Assembly (NCBI RefSeq): GCF_000008645.1
Contig: NC_000916.1
Location: forward strand, 60,001-92,000
Direction: 5' to 3'
Length of the DNA: 32,000 nt
Source of the DNA: Methanothermobacter thermautotrophicus str. Delta H
GTDB lineage: Archaea; Methanobacteriota; Methanobacteria; Methanobacteriales; Methanothermobacteraceae
Shown here: piece by piece, positions 8,751 through 15,980 of the stretch
Layout: each line of letters begins with the position of its first letter
How positions within the stretch are numbered: the stretch's first letter is position 1
Position numbers and translations under genes: made by a program
The notes under the pieces: model-generated
Seen by the model: the letters and a program-made list of their open reading frames with translations, nothing else
Told to the model about the DNA's origin: nothing
Database searches by the model: none

Positions 8751-9311
8751 ATGGATGATGTTATGAAGACCCTTGTGAGCAACCTGCGGGGAAGGTGCCT
8801 CTTTGATGTGGCCATGAAGACCCAGATCGATGGACTGATATCTATTCAGACAGGGGAGGTCAATGACTCCTGCCTTGAAAAATTCGTTAAGGGGGGAATA
8901 GTTAGAATTGACACCCAAGACCCCATTGAGGCGGCCAGGAGGATATCTGAAGTTATAAGGGGGGCCAGAAAGCATGGAGAGGTTTATGTGGCCTCTGATG
9001 GTGACGGACTTGGGGGCATACTTTCATTTGTTGCCCACAGGGAGGGTGTGGATGCCATCTACACATGTTTCGGAGAATCCGCGGTGAGGTTACCACCCCT
9101 TAAAATGGATATCTCTGATACCAAGCTGAGGATACTCGAGGCACTTGAGGAGGAGAGTCTCAATGCGGTTCTCCTCTCAAGGAAGGTGGGGATTTCAAGG
9201 GCAATGGTCTACAAGCACCTCTCAGCCCTGATGGATATGGGTCTCGTGAAGCAGTCCCAGATGTTTGAGAGGTACTCCATAACAGGGGCAGGTAAACTTG
9301 TGATAATCTAG
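8751..9311 (+). CDS. wHTH transcriptional regulator with a Csa3/CARF-like N-terminal domain (N-domain call is tentative)
   Basis: The C-terminus (TKLRILEALEEESLNAVLLSRKVGISRAMVYKHLSALMDMGLVKQ) is an ArsR/MarR-type winged helix. The N-terminal ~115 aa ends in VYVASDGDGLGGILSFVAHREG...VRLPPL. This resembles the Rossmann-like domain of the family I recall as 'CRISPR locus-related DNA-binding protein'. The start could instead be ATG 8763. Confidence 0.7.
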   Translation: MDDVMKTLVSNLRGRCLFDVAMKTQIDGLISIQTGEVNDSCLEKFVKGGIVRIDTQDPIEAARRISEVIRGARKHGEVYVASDGDGLGGILSFVAHREGVDAIYTCFGESAVRLPPLKMDISDTKLRILEALEEESLNAVLLSRKVGISRAMVYKHLSALMDMGLVKQSQMFERYSITGAGKLVII

Positions 9312-9354
9312 TCATGCTGGACTTACAATATAAAAAAACCTTAAAAAAAAGGGG

Positions 9355-9579
9355 TTATTCCATGGGGTAGCCGACCCTCAACCTGTAGGATGCCCTTTCA
9401 CTTATAAGGACAGTTCCCGGTACAAAGAAATCATCAAACTCTTCAACCTTCTTCTTCATGCACGGCTTCAACTCGTCCTTGTTTGCATAGGAAGCGCATT
9501 CGTCCCTTTCCAGAACACCCTTCCTCACAAGTTCAATGTACCTCATCTTCAGTGTTTCATCATCAAGTACGCTCATCAT
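9355..9579 (-). CDS. Hypothetical small protein (74 aa)
   Basis: MSVLDDETLKMRYIELVRKGVLERDECASY... Start chosen at the second ATG after GGTGA (ggtgattatgATG). T8 and T7 runs follow the stop on the minus strand. No family recognised. Confidence 0.5.
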   Translation of the reverse strand: MMSVLDDETLKMRYIELVRKGVLERDECASYANKDELKPCMKKKVEEFDDFFVPGTVLISERASYRLRVGYPME

Positions 9580-9680
9580 AATCACCAATATCTACTATGA
9601 TGCCCCATAATATATATTTTTTGTAGCAATACCTGATTGAGGTATAAGTATTTATACTACTTTCAACTATACTATATACA

Positions 9681-10118
9681 ATGTTCAGAAAACCATTTTC
9701 ATACGGTCAAAATGGAAAAAGATTCAAGGGGCCTGAAATGATTAGGAAATCCTTAAATTACTCCAGAATTGATGAAGAATACTCTTTAATGTTAAGAACA
9801 GCTGTTGAACACCTTAGAACTGCGGGATATAATTTAAAGATAAATAACGGTAAAAGAAAGTTAAGGCCAAGAACTTTAAAGGGTTTTGTCCCGGATATTC
9901 GTGCATTAAATGACTCAGACGAAATTCTGGTCGATATAGCCTCCGATGCACCTGATATCAGGAAATGGAGAAGATTTGCGTACACCGATGGTGTGAGATT
10001 ATGGATCATAGCGCCCCGGAGTTCAGTGGATTCTGTGAAAACCTGTGTTGAGACATTCTCCATACCTGCGGAGGTCTACTCATGTAACGGCACAATGAAG
10101 CTGAGGCGTGTTTTATAG
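9681..10118 (+). CDS. Hypothetical protein, possibly a PD-(D/E)xK-like fold
   Basis: 145-aa ORF in visibly AT-rich DNA. A TATA-like tatttatac lies ~27 nt upstream of the ATG with no SD, so the transcript may be leaderless. The helix EYSLMLRTAVEHLRTAGYNL followed by GFVPDIRAL..EILVDIAS loosely resembles a nuclease core, but the Lys is missing. Confidence 0.5.
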   Translation: MFRKPFSYGQNGKRFKGPEMIRKSLNYSRIDEEYSLMLRTAVEHLRTAGYNLKINNGKRKLRPRTLKGFVPDIRALNDSDEILVDIASDAPDIRKWRRFAYTDGVRLWIIAPRSSVDSVKTCVETFSIPAEVYSCNGTMKLRRVL

Positions 10119-10598
10119 TTTTTTGCAGTGGACTGGCAATGGTTGTCATCACAGGACATCAGTAACTTCATTATCTGCGAGGTCACTGAAACTCATATAT
10201 GGGTCTGTGCTCCCTTCGGCTGCGGCGGATCCCCATTGTGCCCCATTTTTTGGGATTGCAGCGATGAGGAAGGATTAAGACATTTTGTATCCTTTACTGA
10301 ATTCGTTTTTATTTTTTTAATCTTTCTCTCTATATGCACAACCTTTCCAGGAAGTTCTTTATTTGATGTCGGTTGATGCATCCTTTGCAGAATAAAGGTA
10401 TTCGCTGTAATGGCTGAATTAAATGAGACAGGGCGTCTGAAAATAAATATGGCTGGTATAGTCGGCATTTAATTTAAATAAGACACGTTTATAGATGCAT
10501 CCTCCTTTTTCACTGGATTTTTTTGTCTCATAGATAGACGCAAAGGTTTTATACAGGGTCATCCAATCAATTTACAGAACTTTTTATTTGAGGTTAAC

Positions 10599-11165
10599 AT
10601 GAGGACCATCCTTATAATTCTGATTCTGGTTCTTTCAGCAATGCAGGTTCAGGGTGCATCTGCATGGTCAGTGAAGAACCATCATGACATTGCAGAGAAG
10701 GTATACAGTGAAATGCCAGAGGACGTGAGGAACAGGATGAGCCTTGATGAAATGAAGAATGGCGCTGATGATCCTGACACGGTATTCCTTGACTTTAAGT
10801 ACCATGTGTATCCATACAATCTTGAAAAGGCTAATTTCTGGTTGAATCAGGGAAAAATAAGTTACGATGCAGGGAACTACCGCTATGCAAGTTACTGTTA
10901 TGGGGTTGCAAGTCACTACATCTCCGATGGCATCTGCGGTCCCCACACATCCTCAGGATCCAGCAGATACCTCCACACGCTCTACGAGATAAGGGCGATA
11001 CTCCTTGAACCCCACATGGTTGCTGTGGACGGTGACCAGTCACTGGAGGCAGAGAGCCTCTGGAGGGCATGGGTCATTGATGGTGACGACTCCCACATCT
11101 CAGAGGCCATCGACCTGGCCTGCAGTGTATCCTACCAGCAGATTATGACTTCCATCGAGTCCTGA
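10599..11165 (+). CDS. Secreted zinc-dependent phospholipase C / P1-nuclease superfamily protein (short form)
   Basis: The signal peptide ends ASA|W, so Trp becomes the mature N-terminus. WSVKNHHDIA, NGADDPD and SHYISDGICGPH (H, D at +4, H at +10) match the Zn ligands of the Zn-PLC family. GAGGT RBS. Confidence 0.75.
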   Translation: MRTILIILILVLSAMQVQGASAWSVKNHHDIAEKVYSEMPEDVRNRMSLDEMKNGADDPDTVFLDFKYHVYPYNLEKANFWLNQGKISYDAGNYRYASYCYGVASHYISDGICGPHTSSGSSRYLHTLYEIRAILLEPHMVAVDGDQSLEAESLWRAWVIDGDDSHISEAIDLACSVSYQQIMTSIES

Positions 11166-11213
11166 ACCATTGATTGATGGAATCATAGGGACCCCTTCAG
11201 AACAGCATACCCC

Positions 11214-11690
11214 CTAACCAAAGGTTGAGGATATCCAGTCCCCTGCATAGTGTGTTATTACTATGATCATGATGGCTGTTGCAATATGTTCCAGCAGAAC
11301 CCTTCCTGGAGGAACATTCCGGGACCTTGCGATATGAAAACTCAGAACCGTCAGAAGAAGAAGACCCCATATAATGGATACGATAATAGCCAGTGTTAAA
11401 TCGAGAGTAAGAACTGGAACAAGAAAGGTGAGGGCGAATAAAAATTTACTGATGAATGTTGCAAGGGTGGATTCCCAGATCTCTCCCTCTGTGTGAACAT
11501 TCTCTGCCTCCTCAGAGATGTGTATACCCATTGCATCTGAGAAGGCATCAGCTATTGCTATTGTAAGGACTCCGCCAATAACAGCAAGTCTTGAATGGGT
11601 ACCTGAATGCAGTCCAACCATGAGGCCGAGGGTTGTTATTATGGCCGAGGTGAGACCAAAGCTCAGCCCTGTTTTCAGAGAATGTTTCAT
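11214..11690 (-). CDS. VIT1/CCC1-family (iron/manganese transporter-like) membrane protein
   Basis: Hydrophobic ORF with GLSFGLTSAIITTLGLMVGL and AIADAFSDAMGIHISEE typical of the VIT family membrane domain. ATG 11690 is preferred over the GTG at 11708, which overlaps the upstream stop. Confidence 0.75.
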   Translation of the reverse strand: MKHSLKTGLSFGLTSAIITTLGLMVGLHSGTHSRLAVIGGVLTIAIADAFSDAMGIHISEEAENVHTEGEIWESTLATFISKFLFALTFLVPVLTLDLTLAIIVSIIWGLLLLTVLSFHIARSRNVPPGRVLLEHIATAIMIIVITHYAGDWISSTFG

Positions 11691-11707
11691 AATATTCCGG
11701 TAATTCA

Positions 11708-12834
11708 CTACTTCATCATTATATCAAGGACACCGGGCCTTTTAGTCTTCTTATTACCTCCAAGGATTCCGGATTCAAGGAATTCCCTGTTGGCCCTCCT
11801 GTTGATTTCGGCGAAGATCATCTTGTAGGCCTCGCACTGGTGGTCAACACCGTCTATCTCCATTTCACCATCCCTGATGGTGATTGCATTGTAGGGGCAC
11901 CCACCGAGACAGAACCTGTAGAAGTCACAGTCGCCACATTCCTCATCAACAAGTTCCCTCCATTCATAGAGCCTCCTTAGGGCTTCACTCTCCTCAAGAT
12001 CCTCCATTGAGGGCCTTTCAGCCACATTACCCATTATGTAGTCCTTCATACCAACGAAGCGATAGCATGGGTATATATCACCGTAGGGGTCAACTGCGAA
12101 GGTGTTGCCCACACAATCAGCATGTGTACATACAACCCCCTTCTGAGGAATGCGCTCTTTGCAAAGTGGTCTATGTTCTGTATCTCGATCTCACCGAAGT
12201 GCTCAAGGTAGCTGTCAAGGAGATACAGGAGCAGGTCACCGTACTCCTCGGCGGTTATGGCCCACTCCTCAGGGTCTGAACTCTTCAGGGATGGCAGGGC
12301 AGGGTGCAGCTTCAGGTTCATACCGTTCTCCAGGAAGAAGTTGAATATCTCCTCCCTCCTCCTTATCGAATAGGATGTGAAGGTGCTTATGAAGCTCACC
12401 CGAAGCCCATGCTTCCTTGCTATCTCATAGCCCTGCATGGTCCTATCAAAGTACCCATCGCCCCTCTGGTAATCATTTATCTCCCTTGGACCGTCGAGGC
12501 TTGAACCGATGGGTATGCTGTATTCTGCGAAGAGTTCCGCCATTTCATCGGTCATCAACCAGAGGTTCGTCTGGATGGCGAAGGCAGGCTTGAGGAATGA
12601 AAGCCTCTCAGATATTAGCTTGAGGGTGTCGCGGTAGAATTCGTATCCCGCAAGGAGCGGTTCCCCTCCATGGAATGTGAAGGTTGCAGGTTCATTTCTG
12701 AATTCCATAAGCCAGGAGACCATCTCCCTCACGGTTTCCATGTCCATAACCCTGGAGTCCCTGTCAACGCCCCAGCAGTAGCTGCAGTCTGAGGGACAGT
12801 TCATGGATGGTATTATCATGACATGGAATGCCAT
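11708..12834 (-). pseudogene. Radical SAM enzyme with a C-terminal SPASM domain (anSME/AslB-like). Frame is broken at the C5 run 12136-12140 as sequenced.
   Basis: The N-terminal part (12834->) has the CPSDCSYC radical-SAM triad and GGEPLL. After ...AKSAFLRRG the frame decays, while the adjacent frame reads VVCTHADCVGNTFAVDPYGDIYPCYRF...CGDCDFYRFCLGGCPYN...HQCEAYK, which is a SPASM/twitch Cys pattern. Adding one base to the G5 run (plus-strand C5 at 12136-12140) gives one ~375-aa protein. Confidence 0.85.
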
Positions 12835-12842
12835 AAAACCAC

Positions 12843-12995
12843 CTAATCTGCGGTCTCAAAGATGTGGCCGCATTTCTCACAGACTATCTCCTTCATGGAC
12901 GTCCTTGACTTGTGCTCATCCATGAATCTCCTCTTAACTACCTTGTCCCTGCAGCCACAGACAGGACACTTACTTAAAAACTCCTCCATTTTCAT
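12843..12995 (-). CDS. 50-aa Cys-rich mini-protein B (zinc-ribbon-like), not in the ORF track
   Basis: My translation: MKMEEFLSKCPVCGCRDKVVKRRFMDEHKSRTSMKEIVCEKCGHIFETAD. A GAGGT RBS lies 6 nt upstream. The start is 2 nt after the stop of mini-ORF A. The stop overlaps the AGGTGG RBS of the radical SAM gene, 8 nt before its ATG. Confidence 0.55.
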   Translation of the reverse strand: MKMEEFLSKCPVCGCRDKVVKRRFMDEHKSRTSMKEIVCEKCGHIFETAD

Positions 12996-12997
12996 GT

Positions 12998-13150
12998 CTA
13001 GACCTCTATTATCTCCTCAACAACATACTTACCGCCGCAGGGGCACTCCTCTATCCTGTCACCCAGGTGGTAGGGAGGGGTTTTACCCTCAACCTCAAGG
13101 GTTCTCTTTGCCCTGCAGAGGTCACAGTATGCAGTGACTATCCACATCAT
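12998..13150 (-). CDS. 50-aa Cys-rich mini-protein A (zinc-ribbon-like)
   Basis: MMWIVTAYCDLCRAKRTLEVEGKTPPYHLGDRIEECPCGGKYVVEEIIEV. I prefer ATG 13150 over the track start at 13198, because a TTATATAT box (13174-13181) sits ~27 nt upstream of this ATG, in a leaderless-type arrangement. Confidence 0.55.
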   Translation of the reverse strand: MMWIVTAYCDLCRAKRTLEVEGKTPPYHLGDRIEECPCGGKYVVEEIIEV

Positions 13151-13173
13151 GTAAATTAGATATAGAAGCTCCG

Positions 13174-13181
13174 ATATATAA
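13174..13181 (-). promoter_or_regulatory. TATA-box-like element for the mini-ORF / radical SAM operon
   Basis: The minus strand reads TTATATAT, ~27 nt upstream of ATG 13150. It lies in the divergent gap shared with the SOUL gene. Confidence 0.4.
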
Positions 13182-13201
13182 GATATCAGGGGGGTCATAC
13201 C

Positions 13202-13771
13202 TTGGTTGAGAGTCCTGAATACACCGTTGAACTGAAGGATGGTAAATTTGAGATAAGAAGGTACCCTGGCTATATACTTGCACAGGTTGACGTTGAAGCC
13301 AGTTTCAGGGACGCCATGGTCATAGGCTTTTCTATTCTTGCAAACTACATATTTGGTGGTAACCGGCGGAAGGAGGAACTTCCAATGACATCACCTGTAA
13401 CCGGTGTTAACCTGGGCTCCTCTGAGAGGATACCCATGAAGGTCCCTGTGACAGAGGAGGTCCCGGATGATGCTGATTCAGGGAAATACAGAATATCATT
13501 CACGATGCCATCATCATACACCCTTGAAACTCTCCCGGAGCCACTTGATGACAGAATTAGATTTCGCGAAGAGAAGGATCAACGTTTTGCAGCCTACAGG
13601 TTCTCGGGGAGGGTTAACAGTGATATGGCAGCTCAAAGGATAGCTGAACTTAAAGAATGGCTTGAAAGGAATTCAATTGAACCAAGATCAAACTTCATAA
13701 TAGCACAGTACAATCACCCGGCCGTCCCTGGCTTTTTGAGGAAAAATGAGGTTCTTGTGAAGATAGATTGA
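13202..13771 (+). CDS. SOUL heme-binding-protein family protein
   Basis: 189 aa beginning (TTG)VESPEYTVELKDGKFEIRRYPGY, with ...RFAAYRFSG...IAQYNHP..PGFLRKNEVLV typical of SOUL/HBP. TTG start with a GGGGGT RBS 7 nt upstream. Confidence 0.85.
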   Translation: MVESPEYTVELKDGKFEIRRYPGYILAQVDVEASFRDAMVIGFSILANYIFGGNRRKEELPMTSPVTGVNLGSSERIPMKVPVTEEVPDDADSGKYRISFTMPSSYTLETLPEPLDDRIRFREEKDQRFAAYRFSGRVNSDMAAQRIAELKEWLERNSIEPRSNFIIAQYNHPAVPGFLRKNEVLVKID

Positions 13772-13825
13772 ATTTCTATTCGGTGGAAAAACCGGGAACG
13801 ATTTTTTCTGGAGATAGATTGAATT
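13761..13825 (+). repeat. 14-nt exact direct repeat AGATAGATTGAATT (13761-13774 and 13812-13825) flanking a terminator
   Basis: Copy 1 holds the last codons and stop of the SOUL gene (aag ata gat tga). Copy 2 repeats them (gag ata gat tga) just before the RBS of the next gene. The flanks extend the match to 18 nt with 2 mismatches. Confidence 0.8.
13781..13807 (+). terminator. Short hairpin (CGGTggaaaaACCG) plus T6 run after the SOUL gene
   Basis: cggtggaaaaaccgggaacgaTTTTTTc lies between the two repeat copies. Confidence 0.4.
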
Positions 13826-13838
13826 CCATGGTGATCTA

Positions 13839-14582
13839 ATGAATGAAATTGAGAGGAATCGTTACTTCCTCAAGGACAGCATAAGGAAAAGGGTGGATTT
13901 TTCAAGAACACCCCAGAGTATGGGGGTTGAAGCCCCGCCCTTTGAGAAGCCCTGGGATCCTGATTCAGAGAGGTTAAACCTTCCAGTGAGGGACTGGGCA
14001 GAGTTAATCGATGCAAACATTGTAACCTGCATAAGAAACCGCAGGAGCCGCAGGAGCTACCTTGACACACCCCTGGGCCTTGATGAACTTTCATTCCTTC
14101 TATGGGCCACCCAGGGCATAAGGATCATCGCAGGCGACACAGCATTCAGGAATGTGCCATCTGCGGGATGCAGGCACACCTTTGAGACATACCTTGCAGT
14201 CTTCAATGTTGAGGGCCTTGACACAGGACTCTACAGGTACATACCTTCAACCCACCAGCTGATGGTCGAGTACCGTGATGAGAGCCTCCCCCAGAGGATC
14301 ATAGAGGCCACCTTTAACCAGAGATTCACAGGAAATTCTGCAGTGACCTTCATCTGGACAACAGTACCCTACAGGATGGAGTGGAGGTATGGTCTTGCAG
14401 CCCACAGGGTGATCCTCATGGACGCGGGTCATGTCTGCCAGAACCTCTACCTTGCCTGTGAGGCCATAGGAGCAGGTACCTGTGCAGTTGGAGCCTATGA
14501 CCAGGAATACCTTGATGAGGTCCTTGGAGTTGACGGGGTGGATGAATTTGCCATTTACCTGGCCCCGGTGGGTAAGATTTAA
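13839..14582 (+). CDS. SagB/ThcOx-type nitroreductase-fold dehydrogenase
   Basis: 247 aa with RRSRRSY, LSFLLWATQG, an FRNVPSAGxRH-type motif and a C-terminal VGAYDQ..L..VLG typical of standalone SagB-type nitroreductases. GGTGA RBS. Confidence 0.85.
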   Translation: MNEIERNRYFLKDSIRKRVDFSRTPQSMGVEAPPFEKPWDPDSERLNLPVRDWAELIDANIVTCIRNRRSRRSYLDTPLGLDELSFLLWATQGIRIIAGDTAFRNVPSAGCRHTFETYLAVFNVEGLDTGLYRYIPSTHQLMVEYRDESLPQRIIEATFNQRFTGNSAVTFIWTTVPYRMEWRYGLAAHRVILMDAGHVCQNLYLACEAIGAGTCAVGAYDQEYLDEVLGVDGVDEFAIYLAPVGKI

Positions 14583-14610
14583 AAAAATAGGGGGGATGTG
14601 CAGCTGATTT

Positions 14611-15627
14611 CTAGACCTTGACTGATGATGGTAGCTGCATTTTTTTCTTTGAGGTATGTGTCCTTGTAATCTTTGAGTATATCCTGAGCAGATCCCTGTA
14701 TCCTATTATTTTACCCCTGAACCTGATATAATTTGGTGCTTTGAGGTATTTTCTCATGTACCTGTTAACATCTGCTGCCAGGGCCCTGTATTCCTTCCTT
14801 GAGATGTAGCCATGGAATGTGCTCTTCACACCAGCGTTTGATGGCCCCCTGACCTTGATGGGCCTTATGGGGCCGTTCATGTAATCTGTTACCATGAGAA
14901 GGAATCTGGCTGGAGTGTAACCTGAGTAACTACCTTTGAGCTTCCTGCCCCGCAGGATGTCCCTGTAGATTCCATCTGCAGTATATGCCATCCTTGCAGG
15001 GTCAATGCTGTGGTAGGCTATGAGTTTGCTGTTATAGAATCTACCCTTCCTCTGGAGCATCTCAGGGGTTTCATTGAGCATTCGAAGGATCTCTGATGCA
15101 ACGAAGCGACACTTATCCTCCCAGGAACAGCCCGCACAGTCAACGTTTGGCTGTATGATCCTCACACCAGCTGATGTCAGAAATCTGTAGGGGGACACTA
15201 TGCCTGCGAAGTATCTGCTTGAGAAGTTATCATCCCATGCTCTTCTGAGGAATGTGGTCTTTTTGAGGTCAAGGCTGCCTGTGTTAACGAATATCACACC
15301 CTTACCTGTTGATGCAGCCATCCTGGCAACATCCGTCATGGCGCCGGGGCAGGATGCTGCAAGATAGACTGCAACGCCACCCTCACGGGCGCACTTAACA
15401 GCACGATAACCCTCCCCTGGTTTTGGAGCCAGGGGGTCCACTGTAACATTGTGTTCACTCTCATTCTCGATGCAGGTCTTGATAATGTTGAGACTCTCAA
15501 TGTCAGCGGAACGGTTTCCGGATATGCAGTCTGAGGTCAGGAATATGTCCGCTGCAGTGGCATCACCGACACTCACTGAAATAAAAAGTATCACCGCACC
15601 CAGCAGCATAATTCTATTGAATTGCAA
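14611..15627 (-). CDS. Secreted protein with C-terminal pseudomurein-binding-repeat-like segment(s)
   Basis: Signal peptide MQFNRIMLLGAVILFISVSVGDATA. The C-terminal YRALAADVNRYMRKYLKAPNYIRFRGKIIGYRDLLRIYSKI fits the PMBR pattern (A..V..Y......PNYI...G..I). The N-terminal ~200-aa domain is unrecognised. A T7 run follows on the minus strand at 14581-14587. Confidence 0.7.
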   Translation of the reverse strand: MQFNRIMLLGAVILFISVSVGDATAADIFLTSDCISGNRSADIESLNIIKTCIENESEHNVTVDPLAPKPGEGYRAVKCAREGGVAVYLAASCPGAMTDVARMAASTGKGVIFVNTGSLDLKKTTFLRRAWDDNFSSRYFAGIVSPYRFLTSAGVRIIQPNVDCAGCSWEDKCRFVASEILRMLNETPEMLQRKGRFYNSKLIAYHSIDPARMAYTADGIYRDILRGRKLKGSYSGYTPARFLLMVTDYMNGPIRPIKVRGPSNAGVKSTFHGYISRKEYRALAADVNRYMRKYLKAPNYIRFRGKIIGYRDLLRIYSKITRTHTSKKKMQLPSSVKV

Positions 15628-15748
15628 GTTACCACCTGTATAAAGTTTTATCCGGAGCTTTTAAGTATTTTTCTCGGAAGATTTATATAAAATGAAATTC
15701 TACATTCTACTCCCGATTTTTTCTTCATGTGATCTTTAAGGTGATAAT

Positions 15749-15925
15749 TTGGTTCCTGAGATAAAACAGAAGTGTCTGATATGCGGAAAGCCATGGATGG
15801 ATGGAAATGATACCTGTCCCCACTGTGGCAGCAAAAATAAAACCGCAAGCATAGATCCAGCAGATGATCTTGAACTACTGAGGTCTCTTAACAGCATTCT
15901 CAAAAAAGAAAGGGTTTCGGAGTAA
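15749..15925 (+). CDS. 58-aa zinc-ribbon mini-protein, not in the ORF track
   Basis: (TTG)VPEIKQKCLICGKPWMDGNDTCPHCGSKNKTASIDPADDLELLRSLNSILKKERVSE. GGTGA lies just upstream and a TATA-like atttatataa sits at 15681-15690. A hairpin and T-rich tract span the stop. The TTG start and tight RBS spacing lower my confidence. Confidence 0.4.
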   Translation: MVPEIKQKCLICGKPWMDGNDTCPHCGSKNKTASIDPADDLELLRSLNSILKKERVSE

Positions 15926-15953
15926 ATCCGAATACATTTTATCTTTTATTTTA
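15916..15953 (+). terminator. Hairpin TTCGGA-gtaaa-TCCGAA followed by a T-rich tract
   Basis: A perfect 6-bp stem (15916-15921 with 15927-15932) encloses the stop codon of the mini-ORF, followed by tacattttatcttttatttta. Confidence 0.4.
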
Positions 15954-15980
15954 GCAAAGAAAGGGAATTAGATTCTGGAA

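Noticed and set aside
10128-10468. An 82-aa plus-strand ORF and a 91-aa minus-strand ORF in the AT-rich tail
   Set aside because: They overlap each other, have an alternative or absent RBS, and give low-complexity or implausible sequences. I treat them as non-coding pending conservation evidence.
13839-14582. The SagB-type dehydrogenase as part of a thiazole/oxazole (TOMM) RiPP cluster together with the nearby radical SAM and mini-ORFs
   Set aside because: No YcaO or cyclodehydratase gene is in the window, the gene is on the opposite strand in a different transcription unit, and standalone SagB-type nitroreductases are common.
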